A stretch of 64,000 bases of DNA from the human T2T-CHM13v2.0 reference genome, Homo sapiens. The notes beneath the pieces were generated by a model. The model saw only the letters and a list, made by a program, of their open reading frames with translations, was not told the origin of the DNA and did no database searches. Shown one piece after another: positions 45,735 through 64,000 of the stretch (position 1 is the stretch's first letter; every line of letters starts with the position of its first letter). The stretch lies in the NCBI RefSeq assembly GCF_009914755.1, contig NC_060940.1; one strand, written 5' to 3'. The translations under genes were made by a program, and so were the position numbers.

Positions 45735-46360
45735 AGACTGCAGTTGTTATTGGAGGCTGTTGTGAGGTTTTGCTGAGGATGGGGATGCCAGGAAGTCTTG
45801 TCCTTCGGCATCATTGGTAGTGGTGGTGGACCAGGTGTGTCAATACTAGGGACCATGGGCAGTGTATGTGGGCACTGATGATAGCCTGTCTGCGTGGGCC
45901 AATCCCTGGGCCTCCAGGTGGCTTCTTTGGTTGCTGGCAGTGGCAGTACTGGGCCAGGTGGGCAGGTGCACCATTGGGCTCCTGGGTGGTGTGTGTGGCA
46001 GTCTGATCTCTAGTTCTCCAGGTGATGTGTGCAGGTTCTCGTGGTGGGTAAGCTGGCGTTTCCTCAGGCCTCTCAGTAGTAAGTGTGAGCACTAGCTCTG
46101 GAGGCAGGGGAGTCAGTCTCCAGGCCCCCAGATGGTACATTCAGGCACCAGCATATTCCTATGCATTTCTAGATAAAAGTATTTTTCAGAAAACCTGAGC
46201 ATATGTCCTATTAATACAACTTACCCTCACAGCTCTGCATGAGAAGAAGGGGGAATTCCCTCAGTAGAACAGTCAGAATGGAATCACAGACTTGTTTTGA
46301 GCCAGTCACTCGTAAGGGGGATTAGGCTAAAATGATAAGCTCAGAATCTAAACCTTAGAC

Positions 46361-46582
46361 TAGGGAATGGCAAACTTTTTCCATAAAGAGGCAAACGGTA
46401 ATATTTTAGGCTTTTGGTCTAGATAACCTCTGTTGCAGTGAAGCAGTGGTACCATCGTAGCCTAAAAGCATATGTAGACAAGGCATAAATGAATGGACCT
46501 GGTTTTATTCCAGTAAAATTTAATTTATACAAACAGTCAGAGGGCCAGATTTGGCCCTTGGTCTATAGTTTGCCAACCCTGT
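46361..46582 (-). mobile_element. MER58A
   Basis: gggaatggcaaactttt...gggccagatttggccc...gtttgccaaccctg. Confidence 0.85.
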
Positions 46583-46687
46583 TCAGACCAGTCACAATTT
46601 ATTCCCTGGGGCTGGGCCAACTTTTTCTAAAGAAAAAGAAAGCAACCCGCTGTCAGAATAAAATAGGGTTTCTATTTAAAAAGAAGA

Positions 46688-46980
46688 GGCTGGGTGTGGT
46701 GGCTCATGCCTGTAATCCTAGCACTTTGGGAGGATGAGGCAGGAGGACGGCTTGAGGCCAGGAGTTTGAAACTAACTTGGGCAATATAGTGAGACCCTGT
46801 CTCTGCAAAGAATAAAAAAATTAGCTAAGCATGGTGGCTCATGTCTGTAGTCCTAGCTATGTAGGAGGCTGAAGGGGAAGATCACTTGAGCCCAGGATTT
46901 TGCGGTTATAGTGAGCTCTGACTGTTCCACTTGTACTCTACCCTAGGCAAAGAGTGAGACCCCGTTTCAAAAAAAAAAAA
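46688..46980 (+). mobile_element. Alu (AluJ-like)
   Basis: Full Alu. Confidence 0.93.
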
Positions 46981-47157
46981 GGTTGGTTGGGGCGGGTTGG
47001 AGAAGAAAGTATTTCTGAATTTCTGGGTAGGTAACTGGTAGTGTCAGGCCAAACTAGCTCTACAGTCTTATTCATTATAAATAAAGGCAAGTCAAAGATC
47101 TCCATCTAGCTATTAAAAATTGGTTAAAATCTACGGAGATAAAGGACGGTCGCCCTT

Positions 47158-47575
47158 GTATCCGTTAGTTGTTGTCAGAAAATGCTGCATAACAAGTCAC
47201 TCCAAATCTCAGTGGCTTAATACAACAATCGTTTATTTTCATGGATCTATGGATCAGCTGAGGATTGGTTAATCTGGCATGAGCATGTCTGGGAAGCTCT
47301 ACTTTGCTCTTGGTGTCTCTTATCTTCCGCTGGAAGCTGCAGGCTGGCCTGGGCTTGCTCTCATGGTGATAGCAGGAGTGAGCGAGCACAAATGAATGCA
47401 CAGTTTCCAAGTTTTTGGTCATGCAGATTAATATTCCAGTGGCCAAAGCTAGACACAGGACTAAACCCAATATTAGGGGCTGGAGAAATATGCTCCGATT
47501 CTTCAGTGGGAGGAACTGCAGAGACAAATGGCAGAGTCTTGGATGCAGGGAGGACTTGGATCCATTAATGTACCT
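47158..47575 (-). mobile_element. MLT1 LTR
   Basis: atgctgcataacaagtcactccaaatctcagtggcttaatacaacaatcgtttatt. Confidence 0.8.
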
Positions 47576-48286
47576 TAATCATCCGCAACCCTCTAACCAC
47601 CAATGCAATTCAATAAGTATTTGTTGAATGCACTTTTGCCTGAATGCTTCTGGCTGCAGCCCAGGCAATGGGGGCCTGACTAGGGAGGTACCATAGCAGG
47701 GACTCGATGTCCTGCAGGTCTGCATGTAATTGTGTACGGCCGACTCCACATTGGTCATGGCTGACTTGCTTTGTCCTGCGTCCCCAAGGGACAATGATTG
47801 GCTGATTTTATTTCCGATCAATTTTGACAAAGTTGTTTTCAGGAGCCCAGGAAGCAAATCAGTTGTAGATTTAAATTTTACAAGGGGTCAGAATTGTTGA
47901 ATATATATATAGTCTTTTACATGCTGATAATTATTTGCATACCACAAAGAAGGCCGGCTGTTAGGAGGCTGCTGTTCAATTCCTTTGCCCTGTGAGCTTA
48001 TGAGCTGTGTCTATGTGGGGGGCACTCACTTGTTAGAGCTCTTTCCCTTCATAATAACATTAGCCAACATTCTAAATAAATGCAGGAAATTAAATAGTCT
48101 TCCCCAGACAGGTACTTTGCCCTTCTAAAGTGAATTACACATTGTAAAATAAAACACAGTCACATTAAAAAAACAAAAGGTCTTTGTGTCAGGTTGGTCT
48201 GGCTTCAACAAAGATAATATTTGCCTCCAGAGTAGAAGATCCTTGTAATCCCTGGTATTGGATATGGCAGCCCCACATCTTGTTTC

Positions 48287-49079
<793 letters not shown>

Positions 49080-49325
49080 GATGTGCGAGAAGTATCAAAT
49101 ACACATTAGATTGTGAAGCCTTAATATAAAAAGAAAGCAAAGTATTTTGTTAATGTTAAAATATTTTATACATGTAGACCTGGTATTTTGGATAGATTTG
49201 TCTAAATCTGTGGTATTATTCCAATTACCTTCACTTCTTTTGTTTTACTTTTTAAAACGTGGTTACTACAAAATGCAAAAGTAAATATGTGCCTTGCATC
49301 ATATTTCATCACATTTAGTGTGGAC
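49080..49325 (+). mobile_element. MER33-like DNA transposon fragment
   Basis: agatgtgcgagaagtatcaaatacaca...ttttactttttaaaacgtggttacta. Confidence 0.7.
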
Positions 49326-49474
49326 CCTGAGGGTCTAGGGGAGTTATGAGCCTTAAGTTGAGGGTGACCCAGGTCAACGTGAATTGCTCTGAAAGAGAAG
49401 CAAAGGGCATAAAGAGAATGTATAAATGGAGAGAGGGAGCTCAGTCTCTCAGGGTGAGGAAAGGCTTTCTTTCT

Positions 49475-50240
<766 letters not shown>

Positions 50241-50367
50241 AATCTTCCTTGAAGAGATGACACTTAAGGAGAGGCCTAGGGGGTGGGATGAGTTCACTAG
50301 GTGGATAAATGAGGAACGGCATAGTGAAGTCCCTGAGGTTGATAGGCATAGAGCAGATTTAAGGGAC

Positions 50368-50666
50368 TTTTTTTTTTTTTTGAGACGGAGTTTAGCTCTT
50401 GACGCCTAGGCTGGAGTAGAGTGGTGTGATCTTGGCTCACTGCAACCTCTGCCTCCCGAGTTCAAGTGATTTTCCTGCCTCAGTCTCCCGAGTAGCTGGG
50501 ATTACAGGCACCCACCACCACACCTGGCTAATTTTTGGATATTTAGTAGAGATGGGGTTTCACCATGTTGACCAGGCTGGTCTCAAACTCCTGGATCTCA
50601 GGTGATGCACCCGCCTCAGCTTCGCAAAGTACTGGGATTACAGGCGTGAGCCACTGCGCTCAGCCA
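50368..50666 (-). mobile_element. Alu (AluS)
   Basis: Full reverse Alu; TSD cagatttaagggacttt. Confidence 0.95.
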
Positions 50667-50893
50667 GATTTAAGGGACTTTCAAGAAGTTTGTGTGGCTG
50701 AAGCCTGCAGGGCAAGCGAGAGAATCAGGAAATGAGGCTGGAGAAAGAGAGGGGCTAGGTCATGTAGGGTCTCACATTAGGGTGTGGAAACTTCACACGA
50801 GTGGTCCCACCTTGGGCATCCCATGTAACTACTCTGTGTCCCAGCTTCCCCACTGGTGAAATAAAGGGCTGATGTAGGGATGGACTGAGATAG

Positions 50894-51228
<335 letters not shown>

Positions 51229-52242
51229 GAGCTTTTATCATTGTTAACCCACAGAGCAGTGGGAGTCATTGAAAGTGAGTGATCTGTTTGGATGCACCTT
51301 CTGAAGTGATTGCTTTGGTCCCTGTGAGGAGTGCAGATTGTCACAGGGCCAGGGGAAAACACAGGCCAGTCAGGAGGCATTTGCAGTCAAACAGCTGGAG
51401 GTGATCGTGGCTTGGTTTATGGTGGTGTCAGGAGAGTGGCTGAGCAGTGAACGGATCTGAGAAGGATTTAGGAGGTAAAACCCACGTGACTTGGTCACTG
51501 AATGTGGGTTGGGTTGGCTGGAGGGAAGGTAAGAAAGAATGAGAAGAAAAGCATACTCAAGTGGGCCCTCCAGCCGAAGGTTACTTGGGGTCCCTTTGTG
51601 AAGAGGAATGTTTGTGTTGATGATGAAGATGTCTAGACTTTCAAAGGCCATTTGCAGTTACTTTTTTTTTTTTTCAACAGCCAACAACTCCTCCTTCCCT
51701 ATGCCCTAAACATATGAATGTTTTTTGACCTAATTTATCACAGAGGGATGGACGTTCATTTGCTTTAATGAGAAATGCGGAATGCTATTAAGAAAGCATA
51801 TTAAATTAATCTGCATTGCTGGGAGGGAGCTAAATCTGTTTAGATGTGCGCCAGTGTTACTATAATAGTTTGGTCTCAACCCATTTCTGGCCTGCGGCTG
51901 CAGGAGGTTGACTCCCAGCTTGCTTTCATTTGAAAGATCCCAGCAACAAGCACATTTGGCATTTCCAGCCAAACCCATTTTGTGCAGTGAAGGAAAAGTT
52001 GAGGAGTGCCTCTGTTGTTTTCCCCCAAATCAATTGGCAGAAATGTGGCTGGGAGCTTCATTGCTGATTTTTTTCAGTTTTAATGTTGCTGTGGAAAGCC
52101 TGTACCAACACTCAGCCATGTTGTTAATCCACAGCTCCAGTCTGGGCTGTGATTTGTTTTTCCTTTGAGTGACACAACCTTATTTTCCATTAAGACCCAA
52201 TGCAAATAGGCACTCATGCACCGTCACCATCACTCCCCCTGA

Positions 52243-52592
<350 letters not shown>

Positions 52593-52695
52593 TGGAGTTT
52601 TTTTTAAAAGCACATTTCTCTCAAATTAACTCCGGGGTGTCCCACTGTGACTTGGGCAAAGGTTTGATTTTCTGGAGGTGGAAAGTCAAACTTCA

Positions 52696-53019
<324 letters not shown>

Positions 53020-53185
53020 TCATCCCCACCTCTGCTAGGCATCCACAAATAGTCATCTTCAATGAGATGTCCCTCCTGCCCTGGCTGTCTTATTTCATCT
53101 GCACCCAACCATATCCATTGCTTGTCAGTGGGTCTCAACCTTGGCTCCACCTTGGAATCTCCTGGGGAGATGAGACAATACCAAG

Positions 53186-54087
<902 letters not shown>

Positions 54088-54354
54088 TTACTTGTGTCCT
54101 TTTCTAGCCTGCCTATGCCTTTCTGCTTACCTTCACATCTTTGAGGGGTAATTTTTACAATGCAGTCTAACAACCGGCTGCCTCAAAATGCACTGGGATC
54201 CCTCGTAACCAGGTAGCTCCCCATCTCCAACTCTGACCTGCCAAGTCAGAATCTTGTGGGTGGGGCCGAGGACTGTACCTATTGAAACAGGCAGTGACCT
54301 AGAAACTATTTCTGAACACCCCTGTGTTTCCCCTGTATTTGCCCTTTCCTTTCA

Positions 54355-54715
<361 letters not shown>

Positions 54716-55002
54716 GACAGAGTTGGTCCTTCCTTTATGGAGCTCTCAGTAAAACAAGAAAGCTCACGATGTCCTGGCATTTGTCAGAAATACATTTGGT
54801 ATATGTAGCTGGGGTCACATGCTTGACATGCCTGTGGAAAGCTTCTGGGTAGGAAGAGAACAAACATCACAGCATCACAGCCTGGCATAACTGTCTCCCA
54901 GGACAGGTCTCCCTGGGGAGACTGAGACCAGAACTCTGAAATCAGAGCTCAAATCCAGGTTCTGCATTTCCCTCAGTAATGTACATGATGTAAGACAGTT
55001 TT

Positions 55003-55540
55003 TATATTAGTTATCTATTGCTGGGCAACAATATTACTGCAAACTTTGTGGCTTGAGACAGCACACAGTTATCACTGCACGGTTTCTGTGGGTCAGGAAT
55101 CTAGGCGTGACTCAGCTGGGTTCAGTGCAAGGCTGCAGCCATAGTGTCAGCCAGGGCTCGGTTCTCATCTGGAGGCTTGACGGGTGATTGATCTGCTTCC
55201 AGGCTCATCTGGTTGTTGGCAGCATTCAGTTCCTTGCAGGCTGCTGGACTCAGGGCCCCGGTTTCTTGCTGCCCTCAGCTTCTTGCCACGTGGGCCTCTC
55301 CATCTGGCCGCTCATGACATGGCAGCTCACATCTTCAAAGCCAGCAAGACAGACAGTCTCCTAGCAAGACAACTTAACATCCTATCTAACGTAATCACTA
55401 CATCCCATCACCTCTGCCATATGCCATGTTCTCTTGGTTATAAGAAAGTCATAGGCCCCACCCACATTAACAGGGAAGAGGTTGTACAAGGGTGTCAGTA
55501 CCAGGATGGGAGGCATCTGGTTGCCATAGTTTTCTCTACA
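55003..55540 (-). mobile_element. MLT1D-like LTR inserted in a MIR
   Basis: tattagttatctattgctg...gtttctgtgggtcaggaatc...gtgtcagccagggct...ctctaca; MIR halves on both sides. Confidence 0.85.
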
Positions 55541-56249
55541 TAGAATGGGGATAATTATGCTTCTTACCTCTAGGACTGTAGTGCATATTAAATGAGAGTA
55601 TGCATGAATGCCCCTTATCAGAGAGTAAGGACTTCATAAATATTAACTTCACTGTTATTTATTATTACTACCATTGTTAATATCATCAGGTTGATACTGG
55701 TCATCGGTCTCCTGCCTGTGAAAGGCATCTCCCTCCATTGCCCCCGGGTTCCCCCTGAGCTTCTCCTGTGTTGTTCTCACAGACGCCTTCTTCATTCAGC
55801 CTTGGAGATCTAATCTTGAGCCCTGAATCTTTTTTCCAATCTGACTTGTCTGAAGCATGCACTAAGCTAGCTGGGCATTCAGACTCGGTGTAGCATTTTA
55901 TGAAAAGCAGCATCTGCATCTGTGTAGATGCATCTTTGAGGGACTATGTTTCGGGTGGCCTCTCATGACTTGGTCTCTTCCTCATTTAGGATTCTTTGCT
56001 AGAACAGCAGGAGACAGCTTCCCACACTGTCATGTAAGTCTGCATCCTCACTGCATTCAAATTTCCCACTTGGGAGATGTTTACATCCCCAGAACCCATT
56101 GAGTCTATTTAATTGAAAAGTATGTGGATGTTCTGGGCCAGATACTGTGCTTTGTTCCAGGGATCTGAAAAAGTCAACGAGACAAATCCTTGGTTCTCAG
56201 CAGTTCAATAGAGGAATTTATTTTTTAATTAAAAAAAAAAAATTTTTTT

Positions 56250-57378
<1,129 letters not shown>

Positions 57379-58092
57379 GAGTTTAGACTTGAGGCCAGTG
57401 TTTCTCAATTTAGGACAAATGTTACTGGTTGCATGTAAGATTTTAGGTAGACCAATAGCTGATTTTGGGCGCTACACCGACTTGGTATTAAATATTTCAG
57501 TCACATTATGAAACACTTATTCCCTTTTAAATTCTCTCTGATTTGTATGAGTAGGTCAGGAACAAAGTCTGTTAGGTATTAATGTCTTTAACATTTTGTA
57601 TTCTCCCTTTTAAACATAGAAAGCAAGGTGTAGCCCAGACACTTTTGTAGGCAACAGTGTCCAGCTAGAATTGAACACAATGTTATTTTCCCATTGAATT
57701 AACTTTTTGCAGTCATAGTAGTAAACAGTGAGTCCTTTGGGAAGAAACGTATTTAAGTAAAAGATGTGATAACCTGCTCTTTGAACAAAAGGCAGCCACA
57801 CCTAAGTGCCCATTGATGGTTGCTAGATATTCTGATGGTTTAAGAAAATTTGGAAGTTTGGATTTTTATGTGAAATTTTCTAATTATTACATGTTAGATC
57901 AAGTAAAAAATACCTTGTGGTTCAAATAAAATACATTGTAGGCAGTTGGTTTGTAAATTCTGTAGTGAGAGGTGTAACAAGAGACTGTATTTAATTTTGA
58001 AGTAATAGTAAGATTAAATCTTGGGAGAGTGTTGGGGTAAATAAGTCTAAGAATGATGGCGTTTTGATTTCTAGAGCGCTCCAAAATAAACA

Positions 58093-58399
58093 TCTCTCTC
58101 CCCTTCCCTCCCCTCCCCTCCCCTCCTTTCCCCTCCCTTCCCCTTCCCCTCCCCTCCCCTCGCCTCCCCTAACCTCCCTTCCCCTCCCCTCCCCTCCCTT
58201 CCTCTCCCCTCCCTTCCCCTCCCCTCCCCTCCCCTCCCCTCCTTTCCCCTCCCTTCCCCTCCCCTCCCCTCCTCTCCCCTCCCCTCCCCTCCTTTCCCCT
58301 CCTTTCCCCTCCCTCCCACTGCCCCTCCCTCCCCCCTCCCCCATCCCTCCCTCCTTTCTTCCCTTCCTTTCTTTCATTTCTTTCATTTCACTTCTCTTC
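58093..58399 (+). repeat. Polypyrimidine (CCCCT)n / (CCTT)n low-complexity tract
   Basis: About 300 bp of almost pure C/T built from CCCCT pentamers. Confidence 0.97.
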
Positions 58400-59984
58400 T
58401 ATGTAGAGTTTGATTCTTCACAACTTGGCTGAAAACATTCATGAAGACTGCCTGGTATGTTAGAGGTTGGCTTGTTGGGAGAAACAAAGGAAAAGAGGCA
58501 GAAAAAAAGCAATAAAAATGGTAATGAGAATGTTGACAAATTGAATATTTTGCAGAGGGCAGACGGGACTGAGTTTGAGATAGGTGGACTTGTGTGTTCT
58601 ATGTGATTTAAAGAATATATACATTAAAATGCACAGATCTTAAGCATTCAATTTAATGGGTTTTGACTTGTATACACCCACACAACCATCATGCCAAACA
58701 AAATTTAGAATGTTTCTATGGCCCTGGAAAATTCTTTCATAGCCCTTTCACACAACCCTGTAGCCTTCCAGGGGCAACCACTGTTCTAACAATTTCCATC
58801 ACAAGAAATTAAATTTGCCACTTCTTGGGCTTTATTTAAATGGAATCATATGCTATGCACTCCTTTATGCCTGGCTTTTTTTTTTGCTCAAAAAAAGTTT
58901 TAAAAATCAATCCATACTGTGTATATCAGTGGTTCGTTCTTTTTTTTGTCACATCTAGTTGATAAGTAGCAGTCCATTGAATGCATACTTTATAATTTGT
59001 TATTTATCTACCAGTGGATAGACATTTGTTTCCAGTTTTGCTTATTATGAATAAAACTTCTATGAATAAATATTTACCAAACTTTGTGTGAACATATTCT
59101 CATTCTTTTAGGTAAATGCTCAGGAGTAGAATTGCTGAGACATAGGGTAGATGTGTGTTTAACTTCATGAGAAACTGTTAAACAGTTTTCCAAAGTGGTT
59201 TCACCATTCTCACAAGCCACGTATGAAAGTTCCAATTGTTTCATGTTCTCACCAACATCTGCCCTTGCCATTATTTTTGATTACAGCCATTTCAGTCATT
59301 GATTTTTATATGTTGACTTCATATCTAGAAATATTTGTAACTCAATTTGGTGAGCTTTTTGTGGATTTCATGGGGTTTTTTGATGTATACAATCATGCCA
59401 TTTGCAAATATTGATAGTTTTTCTTCTTTTCCTTGTAATTTTTATGCATGTTTCAATTTTTTTCCCTATTGAACTAACTAGGAATTCTAGTAAAATTGTG
59501 GATACAAGTGGGGATAATGGGTATCCTTGTCTTATTCCTGATCTTAAGGGAAAAACATTGTTTTACTGCTAAATATGATGTTAGCTGTAGTTTTTTTTAA
59601 TAGATGCACTTTATCACATTGAGGATGTTTCCTTTTATTCCTAGTTTCCTGAGGGTTTTTTATAAAAATCATGAATGGGTGTTAAATTTTGTCAAATGCT
59701 TTTTTTTTTGGGCATATATTGAGAAAATTGTAAGTTTTTTTTTCCCTTTTTTCTCTTAGTGTGTTGAATTACTCTAACCACTTTTTGAGTCATGAACCAA
59801 TCTTACATTCCTGAGATAAATCTCATTTGGTCATATTGTATTATCCTTTTAATAGATTGCTAGATTTGATTTGCAAATATTTTATTAAAGATTTTTGCAT
59901 TAACTTTCATGAAGGGTATTGATGTATTTTTTCTTGTATGCACATATGCTGGCCTTAAAAATGGGTTGAAAATATCCTCATCTC

Positions 59985-60200
59985 AGGACACAAGGGCGTA
60001 AGAATGATACGAGGGATCTTGGGGACTCGGGAGAAAGGGTGGGAGCGGGTGAGGGATAAAGACTACACATGGGTACAGTGTACACTGCTTGGGTGATGAG
60101 TGCATCAAAATCTCAGAAACCACCACTAATGAATTTATTCTTCTAATGCACCACCACCCATTCCCCAAAAACCAGCTGAGATAATAATAATGATAAAAAG
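59985..60200 (+). mobile_element. Short L1PB 3' end
   Basis: gggtacagtgtacactgcttgggtgatg; TSD aaaatatcctcatctc / aaagtgtcctcatctc. Confidence 0.88.
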
Positions 60201-60649
60201 AAAGTGTCCTCATCTCTATTATTTTCTGAAAGAATTTAAGTAATATTTATATTATTTATTTTTTAAAGATTTGATGAAATTTGCCAGTGAAGACATCTGG
60301 GACTCGGCTTTTGTTTGTGGTAAAATGTCAACTTATGAATTCAATTCATATGATAACTGTAAAACTTTTCATATTTTCTAGTTGCTTTTTTTGGTTTTGG
60401 TACTTTGTGGTACTTTGTTCCTTTCATCTAGGTTGTTGAATTTATTCACAAAATCAATGACAGTTTTGAAAAACAAAATTTTTGAAAAGTAAAATGTCGT
60501 TCATTTTGTCTGTTTTATTATTCTTTTAGTATCTGTAGTGATGTCCTCTCTTTAATTGCTGAAATTAGTAATTTGTGTGTTTCTTTCTGTCTGCCTGTCT
60601 GTCTGTCTCTCTCTCGCTCTTGTCCTGATCATTCTTTCTAGGTTTATTT

Positions 60650-61540
<891 letters not shown>

Positions 61541-64000
61541 GTGTTTATTGATTTTATTCATTATTTTAAGAAACCAGCTTTTCTTGATTTTCCCTATTGT
61601 TCATATGTTTTTTATTTCACTGATTTCTCTCTCATTTTTATTTTCTTTCTTATAATTACTTTAAGCTTCATTTGCTCCTCTTTAGCTTCTTTAGGTTCCA
61701 GTTTAGATCATTCATTTTACAGCTTTCTTATTTTTTAATATAGGCATTTAATGTAGTAAACATCTAGGCTAGTGCTGGTTTATCTGCATATCACAAATTT
61801 CAATATATTGTCTTTTGGTTATCATACAGTTCAAAGTATTTTCTAATTTCCCTCATATTTTAGTCTTTGGGCATTTAGAAGTGAGTTATTTAATTTCTAA
61901 ATATTTGGTAATTTTCTAGATAACTTATTTTTAGTGACTTTTAATTAAATACTGTTGTCAGAGAAATCATTTTTTTGATTTCAGTATTTTCTAAGTTTAA
62001 TGAGACTAGCTTTATGGAGCAGCAGCAGCATATGGTCTCTCTTAATGAATGGTCCACAGGCACTTGAAAAGAATGTGTATTCTGTAGTTTTTGGGTCTGT
62101 CATACTATAAATATCAAGTAGGTCAAGCTGGTTGATTGTGTCATTCAAATTTAATATATGCCTACTAATTTTTTCTGGTTGCTTTATCAGTTACTCAGAA
62201 TGGAGTGTTAAAAATCTTAAAGTACGGTCAATGAATTTGTCTTTCAATTATTGCATCATCTATTTTGAAGCTCTGTTAATAGGTACAGCATACATTTTTA
62301 GGGTCATTTTGTGTTGTTTATAAATTGACACCTTAATTATTATTAAATGATCATTTTTACCCCTAGTAATGCTCTTTGTCTTGAGGTTTATTTTGTCTGA
62401 TATTATTCATGCCAAACCAGCTCTCTAACACTTAGTGTTTGCATGGTATCTAAAAAGTGTTTCCCGCCTTTTTTAGTTTAATCTTTATGTGTTGTGTATT
62501 TAAACTGTGTTTCTTATAAACAGCATATAGTTAATCTTGCTTTTTTTGGTTTAATTTGTCAATCTGTGCTTTGCACATGGAGAGTTTAGGCCATTTATAT
62601 TTAATGTAATTATGGATATGGTCAGGTTTAAGTCTATCTTGACTTTTATTTTCTATTTGTATCCTCCATTCTTTGTTCTTCCGTTTCTCTTTTACCACCT
62701 TCTTTTGGGTTAATACTTTTTTCCTAGTATTTTGTGTGTGCTTTTTTGGGGTGTTGCTTTGGTTGATAAAGAAAACTTCAAGCTAGAAAATGACCAGTAT
62801 TATTTATGATTCAGGAATACAGCTGCCTTAAGCTTAGACTCACAGAGGCTGCTGGTCTTTACTGCAGTGGATGCCTCACTGGTTTTATTAATATTATCAT
62901 CATAGTGTTGATGGGTCCCTATAGCACAGGGCACATTGGATATTATCCCTATTCTCCCTGGGATTTTCTGTCAGGCTGTGGCACATGAGCTGCACAGGCA
63001 GAGGATTATTTGCAGATAAGCCATACAAGCCTCCATCTGCAGTAAATGCTAGTCTTTTGGAGTCTGTATTTCAGTTCCACGGTCAAGCTGTGTCTCTCTC
63101 TAGGGGCTACCAGACTTCTGTTTGCTGTCACCTCTCTTTCCATCACAGCTGCTTCCCTCAGTTTGTTAGGAGGCAGGGAACATTCTGAAACCCTGGAGAA
63201 AAGCTGGCTGTGGGAGTCACAGATGCCAGTGTTTTAGGTAAACTTCAGACATGCTTCTGATGTTGAGGGGCTTGATTCCAAACAGTGCTTGGGTCCCTTC
63301 CTCTCTCCCCCACCACAGTGCATGTTATAGGAAAAAGGAACCAGGCCTTATAGGTGTTGAATTATTATTCACTCCATTCCTCTTCATTTTTTTTTTTTTG
63401 CTTTGTTTATGACTTAGATTAATTCTGAATCTCTTGTACCTGGACTCCTTTGAAAATTCCAATAAAGCAAAAATGATTAAAATTGAATTGCCCATAGAAG
63501 CTGAGATGCCTTTTTTCCCCTGGAGCTAGGCTCAGCATCTAAATAAGGGAGGAGGCCCACACCCTGCATATCAGCCTTTCAAACAAGGCACCGTGGGAGT
63601 ACCTGAGTTTGGATCCATAAATACAAAACAGGAAATCTTAAATGGAACTTTTCTCTATGTTTTTTTAAAGATGTAATATGAGATTATAGCTTTGATCATA
63701 ACTTAATTTTTCATTTCCATTTGAACTCTAATTTTACTTAAATTTCCTTCTGACAAATCTCCAAAGGAATATTTAAGTGACACAGCATAATGCTGGCAGA
63801 TTATTCATATATCAGCCCTTAGGCTACCAAGGAAGGCTTCATCATCTCAGAGTGAGTTTTATTGGAATCTGTAGCTCACAAAATATTGCTTTCTGACAGC
63901 TCCTGTGCAGTAGAATTTAAAGGCTTAAGTTTTGGGAGGATTTACACATTGGTAGCATCCTCTGCTATGCCTTTTAGGGACATTAAATCAGGAGGCTCCT

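Noticed and set aside
57991-58432. Gly/Arg/Glu-rich and Pro-rich ORFs
   Set aside because: Translations of the (CCCCT)n tract.

Overview
This is primate (human-like) genomic DNA that is dense in repeats and has no intact protein-coding gene I can support. It holds about 35 Alu elements or fragments, many L1, L2 and MIR fragments, a full-length THE1-type MaLR retrovirus-like element, MLT LTRs, and DNA-transposon relics (MER20, MER58A, MER53, MER33, MER5A, MADE1). There are three processed pseudogenes (RPS24 on -, RPS3A on +, 5'-truncated SNRPC on -) and a MADE1 hairpin that is a close paralog of the miR-548i precursor. From recall, this marker set is typical of the FAM86/ALG1L/OR7E segmental-duplication family; the most likely locus is the 16p13.3 copy upstream of or in the first intron of RBFOX1 (inference, needs BLAT). 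I found no evidence of a new biological system. The most interesting signals are mechanistic fossils and candidate RNA elements: three old L1 insertions with twin-priming inversions, a triple-nested AluJ>AluS>RPS3A insertion, a two-piece copy of the RPS24 pseudogene inside an Alu, fold-back insertions in THE1, an 11x17-bp Alu-born minisatellite, miR-548i-like and miR-1302-like hairpins, and an orphan coding-like terminal exon at about 2.1-2.3 kb. Repeat boundaries and subfamilies were read by eye against recalled consensus sequences and are approximate (about +/-10-30 bp).
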